Positions 12,196 through 23,380 of a stretch of DNA of 64,000 nucleotides are shown piece after piece. Source of the stretch: Balanoglossus misakiensis. Taxonomy: Eukaryota; Animalia; Hemichordata. The notes beneath the pieces are model-generated. The model ran no database searches, was not told the origin of the DNA, and saw only the letters and a program-made list of their open reading frames with translations. The stretch is taken from positions 15,848,550-15,912,549 of the forward strand of contig CM082579.2 in NCBI GenBank assembly GCA_040954595.2, read 5' to 3'. Every line of letters starts with the position of its first letter. The stretch's first letter is position 1. A program made the translations under genes and the position numbers.

Positions 12196-15041
12196 CAAAT
12201 CACCGGTTGTGATTTTGTCGGCGCCGGTAGATTGAGTAAAGGTGTCGGCAAAAATTTGGTTGTTACCGGCATTTTAGATTACGGCGTCGGCACCCAATGT
12301 GCGTCATATTTTCAGCATATGCGTTCCTATCGTTTGTCTATGGACTTTACCCATGTATTGAGAGAAGTTGTCGGGGGTCCCCAACGGCTTTCCATAACAG
12401 ACACTAGCGTTCGTTAGCAACGGTAATCAAGTCGGATTTCCTTCGGCCTGGCTCTGCAAAAGACCCGACACTCTAGTACAAAGACGTTGGCTAAGTCGGG
12501 CAAACCGAACAGGGAAAGTCACAGCGGGTCAACACTCGACATTTGTTCCGGTAGGACAAATCACTGCATTATTGCCTGTCAATTTATAGAGAAAGCCCGA
12601 ATTTAACCAGGGCGTTTCAAACACCGACGTTAGTTGGGGCACGGCCTGCAGTACTGCCGGGTAAGCTGACATCAGCGTACCGCATATAATGTAGGGGGGG
12701 GGGGGGGAACAGAACGGTTAAATACTACATTTATCAGATATCAGCTAATTTTGGACAATCATCTAAAATGTAAATCATCTTTTCATATTTGGATATCTGA
12801 TGATGTATGACATTTCCATTATATGTAAAAATGGTGCTGATTATAAAAATGCACTCTGAATGAGCTGATTTAATGCAAAATTGCGTTTTATTCGTTTTTG
12901 CACCAAAAAGGTCATTTTTAGGCAAAATATTCTTTATTTTTTTAATTCGGTGACCTGATCATATATAAACAATTGCTTGTATGTTAAAAGTTTTTATGAC
13001 TTTTAAAAGCAGTGACACTGGCGGCATTCAACACGAAAATAACAATTTTAGCCACAATTTGGTCAAAATGGTAAATTTTTGAAAATTACAAAAAATACCT
13101 GTTTTCTACATTTTCGGAAATCTGATGGAGTATAGAATGCTCTTCGTATGTATATATCGATACAAATTCCACAACAGACCGTCTAATTTGGCTCACTGCA
13201 GACAAAATTGCGTTTTACAAAATTTTCCTTGAAAATGTCATTTTTAGAAAAAAAAAAATTAAAAAACCTTTTATCTTCGAATTTGGTGCCCTGATCATAT
13301 ATGACATGTTGATTGTATGTTAAAACTTTCGACCACTCCAAAAATGCAGGGATATTGACGGAATTCAAGAAAAAATAGCCATTTTGGCCATATTTTGACA
13401 AAAATGGTAAATTTTTAAAAAATCATAAAAAATTAACTCTTTTCTTCATTTTCGGAAATATTATGGAGCATGAAGTGTCGTTCTCTTCTAAAAAGTGCTG
13501 CAAATTCCAGAAAAGGCGGTATAATTTGAATCACCCAAGACAAAATTACCATTTTCGACTTTTTTTCGAAATATTGTTTTTTTACAAAATAAATAAGAAT
13601 AAATTCTTTTCTTAGTTTCAAACAGGTAGAGATACTTTCCACACGGGTTTTCTAACATTGAATTCCCGTTCATCAACTCAGATTTCCTACAGCATAAGTC
13701 GGCTAAAACCCTGAGACTTTAGAGCAGAAACAGTTGCACACTGGTAACGTTGAACAAGTCGATTTTTCTACGGCCTGGCTCGGCTAAATCTCCGTCACAA
13801 TATGACAGACACTATCGTACGTTAGCAACGGTGATCAAGTCAGATTTTCTACGGCATGGCTTGGATAAAGCCCCGGCACTAGAGCAGAAACACGCGTACA
13901 GAGACCACGTTGATCTACTCACATTTCCTTCGGCCTGGCACGGCTGATGCCCCGGCACTATATATAGGACACAGACTGGCGTAAGTTAACAACGGTAATC
14001 ACGTCGGGTTTCCTACGGCCTGGCTCAGCTGAAGCCCCGGCGCTCTAGAGCAGAAACAGGCGTACATTGACCACGTTGATCAAGTCAGATTTCCTACGGC
14101 GTGACTCGGCTGGTGCACCGGCTCTATATGACACAGACTGGCGTAAGTTATCAACGGTGATTACGTCGGATTTCCTACGGCCTGGTTTAGCTGAAGCCCC
14201 GGCACTTTAGAGCGGAAACTCGCGTACATTGACCACGATGATCAAGTCAGATCTCCTACGGCCTGGCTCGACTAAAACCCCGGCACACCATGACAGACAC
14301 TAGCGTTCGTTAGCAACGGTGATCAAGTCGGATTTCCTTCGGCCTGGCTCTGCAAAAGACCCGACACTCTAGTACAAAGACGTTGGCTAAGTCGGGCAAA
14401 CCGAACAGGGAAAGTCACAGCGGGTCAACACTCTACATTTGTTCCGGTAGGACTGCATTATTGCCTGTCAATTTATAGAGAAAGCCCGAATTTAACCAGG
14501 GCGTTTCAAACACCGACGTTAGTTGGGGCACGGCCTGCAGTACTGCCGGGTAAGCTGACATCAGCGTACCGCATATAATGTAGGGGGGGGGGGGGACAGA
14601 ACGGTTAAATACTACATTTATCAGATATCAGCTAATTTTGGACAATCATCTAAAATGTAAATCATCTTTTCATATTTGGATATCTGATGATGTATGACAT
14701 TTCCATTATATGTAAAAATGGTGCTGATTATAAAAATGCACTCTGAATGAGCTGATTTAATGCAAAATTGCGTTTTATTCGTTTTTGCACCAAAAAGGTC
14801 ATTTTTAGGCAAAACATTCTTTATTTTTTTAATTCGGTGACCTGATCATATATAAACAATTGCTTGTATGTTAAAAGTTTTTATGACTTTTAAAAGCAGT
14901 GACACTGGCGGCATTCAACACGAAAATAACAATTTTAGCCACAATTTGGTCAAAATGGTAAATTTTTGAAAATTACAAAAAATACCTGTTTTCTACATTT
15001 TCGGAAATCTGATGGAGTATAGAATGCTCTTCGTATGTATA

Positions 15042-15302
15042 TGTAGTAAATACCGGTTACTAACCTGGTAGGTACTACGGGTTGTCTTATTCCGGGCCAC
15101 AGAGTTTTGCTTGGTACTGGTAGTCAGTCCTGGTAGCGTGTTGCTCTGATGCTGGTCCGGGTCGTTCTGGTTCTGATAGTTGAGAAACGTGGGTAAAAAC
15201 CAGTAGCACAGGTGCAGGGCATTCCGTAGTGCAATTACGTCAGAGGCGTCCCACCTGTACAGCAGGGCGCCACCAACGGCCAGAAGCCCACAAATTACTA
15301 CA
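15042..15302 (-). repeat. 3' LTR (261 bp)
   Basis: TGTAGTAA...TTACTACA; one mismatch seen versus 26149-26409. Confidence 0.96.
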
Positions 15303-15323
15303 CTCTTCCCACTTTTCTTTTTT
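15303..15323 (-). other. Polypurine tract
   Basis: - strand AAAAAAGAAAAGTGGGAAGAG directly abuts the 3' LTR. Confidence 0.9.
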
Positions 15324-15424
15324 GGCAGGATGGTCAACCTAGGGATCTCAAAAGGCTAGAGAAGTTAACGTATTTTTCCCACCCCTGCAATCTGCCAACC
15401 TCATGGTCTTGGCGAGATTGATCC

Positions 15425-18199
15425 CTAGTGATATAGACGTCTGGTGTTACGGACAGTTGCTTCAAGAAGGTGCACTAGATCAGTCCCCCTTGAGTTAGCA
15501 ACAGCCACGGCCACATCCCCTATAAGAGCTGGAGTACTGGTTACATCACGAGGGCCCCCAAGATACGGCGAATCTGTTTCTATTAACAGACGCTCGATGG
15601 GCACCTCCTTCAAAGCTCGAATCTGGCAACGGTCAAATTTGGTGGTCGTGATGGAGAAACCGAAGTAACAATTCTTGAAGCGCTTCGACCACCTTTGAAC
15701 AGTGTTGACCGTACCAGTAAAATTGTGGATATGTATTTTCTGCCGTGGCGAACACCATTCCTGTACTAATTGCAATGCTTGGCAATGCACATCTGACCCA
15801 TACTGGTCCCCATATGGCCCTCTAATGTGCAGGACTAAGGGTTTCTCAGGCACACACATGGCAAGTGCTCGAGAGAGAACCCTGTCTTGGGCGCTCCCGT
15901 ATTTACTTGGCTCTGTGCGGTCGAGACCCACCTCCCCAAGGGCGGCTACCTGTGTGCTCGTGACAAGCCGCTTGAGGGCTTTAAAGGTCCTTTCGTCGGC
16001 TCTTGGAGCTTTCCTTGGATGGATCCCGATGGCGATACTCCAACCTTTGGGCCGGTTCAAATCCATGGGGTAGTACTCCGGATCGCAAAAGACCTCGACG
16101 CCCCCAATGATGTTGACAGGAAAATTCGCCCTTGGGCCATTATGCCAGTTAACCAAAGCTACTGATGTTGCAGGGCAGTCCCTACCGCGAAATCGAACCA
16201 GTGTTCGGTCAAGATGAAAGTGGGAATCCATGGCTTCCAATAGACTGTCTGATTGTAGATAATCCTGTGCTGTCCCCTGTAACTCTTGCTCAATAGGTTG
16301 GTCAGCTTGGGATTCTATTGTAATTGAGTCCAGTATCACGTATTCAACCGGGAGCTCAATTTCTGATGGTGGGATCGGGACTGAGTCCTGTATCACGTGA
16401 TCAACAGGTTGCTCAGCCTGTGGGATCCTTTCAGTACAGTCTAATGGAATTTCTTTCTCTACTTGATCACCCCATGAGATTCCCTGGGACGTGGAGTCCT
16501 GTATCACGGATTCAACAGGTTGTTCCATTTCTCCCATACCTATAATCATTGCCAAGTCTTGGTGTGCGTCCTCCACATGGATCGGACTATTTCCTGAGGC
16601 TACAGGTGAATATGTGATCTCCCTCGCATGAGTTGGAGATTGGAACTCACCTTCATTTTCGGAAACCATTTCCTGGTCGACACAGGAGCCAGTCTCCCCC
16701 CTAGGGGTAGGTGACCGCGGCTCGCCGTGATCTGCCTCAGGATTCTCTGTTACCATTTCCTGGTCTGCACTTGGCGAGCAGGAGACAGTCTCCCCCGTAA
16801 GGGTAGGTGACTGAGGATCTCCGTGCTCTGCCTCGGGGCCTTCCAGTTCCGGCATCGGATGACATGGTGAATGCGAGGTGATCTCCGCCACTGGGGTGGG
16901 AGACCGGGACTCACCATGCTCCCTTGGGGGTACCACGGGTTGGAAGGCTTCCCGCTGCTCCTCAGTCAGGTGCGAAAGGAGGATGACGAGAATCCTCCAA
17001 TGCAGCAGGACGGCTGGTGAATTCGGTGGGTGCAGCGAGAATCGTCGTGGTACGGCCCATCCGCTGGTCTGGCACAGTCGCTTCATCATCAGACAGTTGG
17101 CTTCGGTGAGCGCAGAGGATGCTGGGACTTCTTCCAAGTGATGTTGCAGGAAGTACTCCAGCAGCTTGGTGACAGTTCCTCTGGGGCCCAAAACCCAGCC
17201 CGCCAGCTTCAGCAGGGCATGAGTAACATCAGCTGTCTGCATGATAAGGGGGTTTTCCTGTAGACGGGGGTCGATATGGTAGAAGAAGCAGTGCCGTTTG
17301 AGACGTTTGGAGGTCTGCCCACATCCTGGAATAGGGCAGGTACATGAGCGGCTGTTGGTAGATTTTCTGCTTCTTCTACCCCTACAGGAATTGGTCGCCG
17401 CAGTCGTGGTGGTCTTTGACTTCGGCACCCCCTTCGGCTCCTGTGCCATCCATACAACGGAGCGTCGCCGCCGCTTCCCGTCACGCTGTATGGTCACCTC
17501 CAAACGAGATTCCTCACCCCGCTCTCGCTTCTTTGGTTTAGTGGCCGCCATCTTCTGCGTTCCTCTCCGTGGCTGGCTTGATGTCTTTCGTGGTGGCTCA
17601 CGGGGGGTACTTTTCCGTGGCTCTGCCAGGGGTCGCCGCGCAGCTACTGCTGAGTACAATTCACGGGGCGCTGCAGAAGATGGTTGTGTCGATGTTCTTC
17701 GGGGTGAGGATGCCCGCGATGTTGAGGCGATGGAGGTGACTGGGTCCCTGCCTTGCATGGTGTCTTCTACTACAACCGTCTCCCCCGACTTCTTCAGCAG
17801 GTGCTTGACAGTCGGGAGATCGGGCTGCGTCTGTAGGCGAACATCACGGCAGGGTCCAGACGTGACGGTACTGCTGGGACGGGACTTCCGTTGCGGGATC
17901 CTGTTCTTATGCGGATCCCGATGGAGAAGATGCTTGTACAGCCATTCCTCGGAGAAGATCACATCGGCTTCGCGGCGTGTAGTCTCCACCCAATGCCAAT
18001 GGCCTCTCCGAGATGCTAGTTGATACTGGCGTAACAGCATCCTCTCCTTTTCAGGGAGCGTGACCTTGGCCAGCCCGATGCCGTAGGTGAGGTCGAGTGG
18101 TGGAAGCAGAATCCGTGTCCGGTCTGCCTCCACCACTTCTTGCCAGGTCATATGCTGCTTCTTAGGGCGATGTCCCCCGCGATACCGCTGGGAGTCCAT
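15425..18199 (-). CDS. Retrotransposon ORF3: basic/low-complexity region, C2H2-like finger, Pro/acidic repeats, C-terminal TatD-family metal-dependent nuclease
   Basis: Open for 924 aa from MDSQRY. TatD motifs DSHFHLD, IGIHP, ALGEVGLD, PLVLHIR, IHIHNFTG, YFGFS, LLIETDSPY, NTRRLY (about 15428-16240). CPIPGC...HCFFYH finger. Confidence 0.88.
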   Translation of the reverse strand: MDSQRYRGGHRPKKQHMTWQEVVEADRTRILLPPLDLTYGIGLAKVTLPEKERMLLRQYQLASRRGHWHWVETTRREADVIFSEEWLYKHLLHRDPHKNRIPQRKSRPSSTVTSGPCRDVRLQTQPDLPTVKHLLKKSGETVVVEDTMQGRDPVTSIASTSRASSPRRTSTQPSSAAPRELYSAVAARRPLAEPRKSTPREPPRKTSSQPRRGTQKMAATKPKKRERGEESRLEVTIQRDGKRRRRSVVWMAQEPKGVPKSKTTTTAATNSCRGRRSRKSTNSRSCTCPIPGCGQTSKRLKRHCFFYHIDPRLQENPLIMQTADVTHALLKLAGWVLGPRGTVTKLLEYFLQHHLEEVPASSALTEANCLMMKRLCQTSGWAVPRRFSLHPPNSPAVLLHWRILVILLSHLTEEQREAFQPVVPPREHGESRSPTPVAEITSHSPCHPMPELEGPEAEHGDPQSPTLTGETVSCSPSADQEMVTENPEADHGEPRSPTPRGETGSCVDQEMVSENEGEFQSPTHAREITYSPVASGNSPIHVEDAHQDLAMIIGMGEMEQPVESVIQDSTSQGISWGDQVEKEIPLDCTERIPQAEQPVDHVIQDSVPIPPSEIELPVEYVILDSITIESQADQPIEQELQGTAQDYLQSDSLLEAMDSHFHLDRTLVRFRGRDCPATSVALVNWHNGPRANFPVNIIGGVEVFCDPEYYPMDLNRPKGWSIAIGIHPRKAPRADERTFKALKRLVTSTQVAALGEVGLDRTEPSKYGSAQDRVLSRALAMCVPEKPLVLHIRGPYGDQYGSDVHCQALQLVQEWCSPRQKIHIHNFTGTVNTVQRWSKRFKNCYFGFSITTTKFDRCQIRALKEVPIERLLIETDSPYLGGPRDVTSTPALIGDVAVAVANSRGTDLVHLLEATVRNTRRLYH

Positions 18200-18234
18200 G
18201 ATCTGTACAAGAAAGAATAAGAGACATGATGAGG

Positions 18235-20570
18235 TTACACTGAAACTGCGCTTATTTCGCTTGGTTTGCAGTTGGGACAAGAAAACAGTGCTTTTTTCTT
18301 AATTTCGGTTGGTGTAACATTCACACACGCTCCATGAAACCATTCATAGCAATAATCACACTGGATCATAAGTTTCCCATCATCAGGTTTCCTGCAAAGG
18401 CAATATACTTCACCCATTCCTGCGCTGTCCTTAAGTAAGGTCTTCCTAAAGGTTACTATCCAGCGAGGAAGCTCTTTATCCTGGCAAGGCTTTAGCCGAT
18501 CGTGATGGGCGGTCCAAACCTCTCTTCGCAATTTGATGCGGAAGAGATAGGGTGTGATTTTGGTGATGATGACCCCTGGTCCTTTCCAAGGTGGGCACAG
18601 TTTACGGCATTTGCCTTTCGTGGATCCGGTATCCAACAGATATACTGGATCCCCGACCTTGAAGGACTGCTTGTTCACTCGGAGGTCGTAATCACGTTTC
18701 ATTCTTTCTTGTGTGGTCTTCAGTATTTCCCGCGCTGTCTCATGAGAATTCATTATGGCCTCCTCCAATTCGTACACATACCCCTCATGAGATTGGTCAG
18801 TGTTTGTCCTGGGAGGCCGGAATACAAGATCAGCGGGCTGGTTTATTTCCCTACCTAACATCATCCGGTTGGGCGTAAAACCAGTGCTGCGGTTGACTGA
18901 AGAGCGGAGAGCTCCGGCGATCTGTGAGAGAAATTTATCCCATTCTTTCTGTGACTTGATGTAGCATCTGATTGCGTTCATCAAAGTGCGATTCTGCCGT
19001 TCCGCCTGGCCATTAGCAGATGGTCTGTAAGAAGTGGTTCTTGTTTTATGGATATGAAGAATCTCACAAATCACTGAAAATAACTGACTTTCAAAGTTTC
19101 TTCCCTGGTCAGTGTGAATTTCAAATGGATACCCGAACCTGGTAAAGAATTCAGCTACTGCGGCGTGTGCTGTTTCCTCAGCATTTTGGGTTGGCAGCGG
19201 TATACATTCTACCCACTTGGTGAATTGATCTACCATTACCAGGATATAATCATTACCTCGAGGTGTCTTGGGTAACGGCCCTAGGAAATCCAAGTGAACT
19301 CGTTCCATCGCTGCCCCCGCATGAAATAGGGTCAGCTGATGTCGGTGGTGTCTGTGTGCTTTCTTGTCGTGATTGCAAATTGCACACATTGTGACATACT
19401 TGCGGATGTCGTGGGACATCCTATACCAATGGTATTTGGTCCTGATTCTGGCTTGAGTGCGCTGTATTCCCTGGTGCCCACAAGATGGAATATCATGATT
19501 CAACCGTATAACTTCATCTTTCATGGTATTAGGGATGACTAGTTGTTTGGTGTTTTCATCTGTGGCCGACTTTCTCCACAGTACTCCCTCCTCAATGAAG
19601 TATAGGTCACGGTTGATCCAATAATTCTTTGCTGCAGGGCTGGAGAGTCTCAGCTCTCCTTCCTCAGGAACTTTCCCAGTTTCAAGCCATGTGATGAGAA
19701 TCCCCAGTGTTTTATCAGTCTGCTGTGCCTGTTGGTATTCTTTGTGAGAATATCCTAGGATGGCTGTTCCCAGTTTAGTGGAATCCTCTCTGGATAGTAT
19801 GCAGACTTGTACAGGATCCGGAAAGTGGGAAATTTCGAGGTTCGAATGAGGCACGTCGATTAGTTCGTCCTGGACTGTGTCACGGGTGATTCCGCAGCAA
19901 GTTAATAGACCCAAGTTACCTCCAGGGTCCCATGGCCAGGTCTCTTCATCTTGAATTGCTGGTTGTATTTGTGGGTCCATGCTACCGGTACATTGGTTCA
20001 CCACATATGGCCCTTCTTTTTGGTGGAGTTGGCTGTTCCTGTGTTTGTCTCTGGGTTCAGCCATGGTAAGGGGAATTACATCATCCACCTCATTGATGAA
20101 CGGGCTCCAGTTTCGATGTGCTCTGCTGCAATAGTTGCATCCCCCGCAAGGTAAGGATTCCAATTTTGTTCCATGCTCAAAATTGGTGCAGGCACTTTGC
20201 TCGGGTAATCTTGACAGGGAGTCGGCGTTGATGTGTTGTTTTCCTGGTCGGTGTTGCACAGTAAAGTTGTACTGGCTTAGTTCTTCTAGCCAGCGAGCTA
20301 ATTGGCCTTGTGGTTCTTTGAATCGTATTAGCCATAGCAAACTGTGATGATCTGTCCGTACCAGAAATTTATTACCAAGCAAGTAGTATCGAAACTGCCG
20401 GGTGAACCTTACGACTGCCAGCAATTCTTTTCTTGTGGTGCAGTACCGTCTCTGTTCAGGTGTCAGGGCATAACTTCCATAAGAAATTGTTCTCTCCTTG
20501 CCGTTCTGTATCTGGGATAACTCAGCTCCGATGGCAAAGTCTGAGGCATCCGTGTCTAGAATGAAGTTAT
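18235..20570 (-). CDS. pol: Pol 3' part: RNase H, integrase (HHCC + DDE) and C-terminal PHD finger
   Basis: ILDTDASDFAIGAELSQ, TTRKELLA, RTDHHSL, ADSLSR; HDIPSCGH..CAIC; VHLDFLGP, HTDQG, GQAERQN; YCLCRKPDDGKLMIQCDYCYEWFHGACV...CPNC. Confidence 0.93.
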
Positions 20571-21257
20571 AATAATAATAATAGTTTATTCAGATACAAT
20601 ATAGGCCACCGGCCTCTGTGTATACAAACTAGTACGTCACCTGAAATCTCCGGAGGACGCAAAAATGTAAAATAATTGTCGAATTACATCATGGCCATGA
20701 AAAAGGAAAGAAACGAATCACACTTCAGATCGTTTTTTCGTGGCAAAAAATACAAATTTTGACAGATTACGCAAGATACTTGGGTTACATGATTGCATGA
20801 GGAGGTAACATTTATCGTAGGTTGGCATAAAATAGTAATATCTAGGAATATACTTGACTCGTAAATCCGCATAGAATGGACACACAATACAAAAGTGAAA
20901 TTCATCCTCTATCTCATTACCATTACAATAGATACATGTTCTATCTTCACGATTATTGCGTAATCGCCTGTCAGCTTCGATACGTAAAGCGTGCGCTGAT
21001 ATTCTAAATCTACAAAGTGCCTCTCGAAAGTGCGACTTTTCAATCATGTTGAAATACAATTCTCGTCGAAAAATATGTTTGAACTTTCTGTAAGAGTCTA
21101 GTTTAGGAAACAAACGTAGACTAGTATGCCAGTTTTGAACATCTAGATCATGACAACGCTGTTTGAATAAGGAAATAAAATTGACATTGTTACCAACCCC
21201 CTGATTAACCCATGCCTCACCCATTCCATAGGAAAAAAGTAACATTTTCACATCGTG
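20571..21257 (-). mobile_element. 5'-truncated LINE (RT C-terminal region with CCHC finger, RTE-X-like) inserted in pol
   Basis: 13-bp TSD AGAATGAAGTTAT at 20558-20570 and 21258-21270; AATAAA + (ATT)n tail; ORF 20718-21251 with CIYC...EDEFHFCIVCP. Clade assignment is tentative. Confidence 0.88.
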
Positions 21258-23380
21258 AGAATGAAGTTATCCTTTGTATTGGGCAAGGTCAGAACAGGGG
21301 CAGCGGTGAGTGCTTTCTTGATGTCCTCAAAAGCTTGATGTTGCTCATACCCCCAGGCGAATGGTTTCTTCCCGGTTACACTGTACAGAGGTACCGCTAA
21401 CTTGGCATAATCCTTGATGAAGGCGCGATGGTAGTTCGCAAATCCTGCAAATTTTTCCACGTCCTTCGTGTTGATAGGGATTGGCCATTCTTGGATCATC
21501 CGAATAGATTGATCTTCAAGAGATATTCTGTTTCTACCAACTTTCCTAGCCAGGAAACTTACTTCCTGTTGGAATAACTCACACTTTCTTGGCTTGAGTT
21601 TCAGTTGGTACTTCCGTAGTCGTTTGAAGACTTCCCGGAGATTTTTAAGGTGTTCTTCGAAGCTTGATCCGAGCACCATTATATCATCCAGAAATGCCAG
21701 TACGATGTCCCAAGTTAGGCCCCTTAGTACTAGGTTCATCACTCTGGAGAAAGTAGCAGGTGCGTTGCACAGACCAAACGGCATTCGGGTAAATTCGTAC
21801 AAACTGTATTTGGTGGTGAAAGCCGTTTTCTTGCAGTCGGGTGGATTAATACTTATCTGCCAGTATGCCGAGTTGGCGTCCAACTTGGAGAACCATAGAC
21901 ATCCTGATAGAGTGTCCATACAATCCTCCACCAATGGCAGCGGAAAAACGTCCTTTACGGTGATGTTGTTTAGGGCTCGATAATCCACACACCAACGCAC
22001 GCTTGCATCTCGTTTTCGCACTAGAACTGGTGCCGAAGCCCATTCGGAGATTGATGGCCTTATAACTCCGGCATTCAGCATTTTCTTTAAGTGGGCTTCT
22101 TCTTCCCCTGCAAAACACATTGGAGTGCGCCGTAGACGTTGCTTTATTGGTGGATTGTCTTTTGTGTCGACGCTATGTGTGATTGCAGTGAAATTTCCCA
22201 GATCAAATTCGTCCTTGGCGAAAACATCTTCGTAATCGAACAGAAGTTTATGTAGTTGGGTTTGTTCATCTGCTTGAAGATGACTGCAGGATCTTTCAAA
22301 CAGATTTCCTAAATGTGAAGGTAGCCCGCCTACCGGCTGAGGGCGTACTTCAGTCTTCTGTTGGGCGTCAGGTGATGGGACGGTGATCACCTCCACTTCT
22401 GTAGCTGATGCGATAGGATCCTTGCTCTTCAGAGTTATATAATTCTCCGTCGGGTTGACTAAACAAACCTTAGGTGATTGTTCCCCCGAGTGAAGTGTCC
22501 TGGGCATCATTACTTTCAATCCCTGGGTTGGTTCTACCAAATAGTCGGTTAGATCCGTATCGAGTAAACAGGATATTCTGACCACACTATTCGGTGGGAT
22601 GATTGTCCGTCGCTTCAAAGTTACCTTTGCCACTTTCGGCGAATGATCCCTCTGTCCAAGGGTCATAGGTATGTTTTCCTCCCCCAAATGGAGCCAGTTG
22701 TTACTCATGTTGATGGTTGCTCCATTTGCTTGTAGGAAATCAACTCCCAGTAGCATTTCGTCGCCTATTGGGGCTACGTATATATCGGCATTGAAGACGG
22801 CACGTCCTAGCTGGATGTCAACGGGTCCGACCAGGTTGGCTTTCATGGTTAACTGTCTTCCAGCTGTTTGCATGGTAACTTCCCGCAATATTGGAGGTTT
22901 TACTCGCAGACTGTTGTACAGTTGGTCAGAGATAATAGTGACTTCTGCGGCGGTATCGATGATAGCGGTAGCGGACTGGTCTCCAATTTTTGCTGGGATG
23001 CTATACATTGAACTGGACACAAGTTGGTTAATGACAACCATAGGCATGTCATTAGCTTCGGATGTTGCCATACTGGTCTTTGACGATTTTGTCTCTTCCA
23101 CTGTTGAGTTGGTCACATCTGCGCAATGTGTACCATCATCAGTTGGAGTTGGTATAGTCGTTGTATACACATCTGCACAATGTGTATTGACATCAAGTGT
23201 TACCGATTCAGCTGATGGCGATGGCACGTCAATATTACAGTTGCGATCGCCCTCCGTGGAAGCGTTGAGGCCATAGGTTATGGGTTGTTGGGTCAAACTT
23301 TGGCCTCTGGGCTTGACCCTTTGGTGTTTAATGGACTGGCCGGCGCTGTTTCCTTCTTTTCTGATGTTCCATGGGGACAT
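21258..23380 (-). CDS. pol: Pol 5' part: aspartic protease and reverse transcriptase
   Basis: AIIDTAAEVT, LLGVDFL, CVDYRALN, LDANSAYWQ, MPFGLCNAPATF, FLDD. Removing the 700-bp LINE+TSD rejoins it in frame to the 3' part. Confidence 0.94.

Larger units (their letters stand above)
1..12396 (-). mobile_element. IS3EU-like DNA transposon (one terminus at 12396, other end outside the window)
   Basis: Satellite sequence starts abruptly at 12397. The terminus reads TATGGAAAGCCG on the - strand (TAY-type end described for IS3EU). Subterminal tandem repeats and an intron-rich IS3-like DDE gene lie inside. Confidence 0.65.

Noticed and set aside
11812-12198. Repetitive ORFs on both strands
   Set aside because: They are translations of the 25-bp subterminal repeat.
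12556-12566. 7-bp extra sequence in the first satellite unit as a transposon excision footprint
   Set aside because: Too short to distinguish from an ordinary small indel.
14170-14200. CCTACGGCC / GCCTGGTTTAG resembling 5S rRNA motifs
   Set aside because: Only short matches; there is no colinear 120-nt 5S sequence or tRNA cloverleaf in the monomers.
13680-14400. ~80-bp monomer array resembling a CRISPR array
   Set aside because: Whole monomers are repeated with no unique spacers, there are no cas genes and the context is eukaryotic; it is satellite DNA.
14993-15337. 114-aa ORF spanning the 3' LTR
   Set aside because: It crosses the LTR/satellite junction and has no homology cues.
17298-18023. 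241-aa + strand ORF and other antisense ORFs over gag/pol/Penelope (e.g. 22671-23276)
   Set aside because: Shadows of the - strand coding frames, with no motifs.
15425-18280. ORF3 as env, or as a host TATDN gene
   Set aside because: No convincing signal peptide or TM anchor (the hydrophobic LLFFLV stretch is the pyrimidine tract upstream of the likely ATG). It is intronless and lies inside the LTRs, so it is element cargo.
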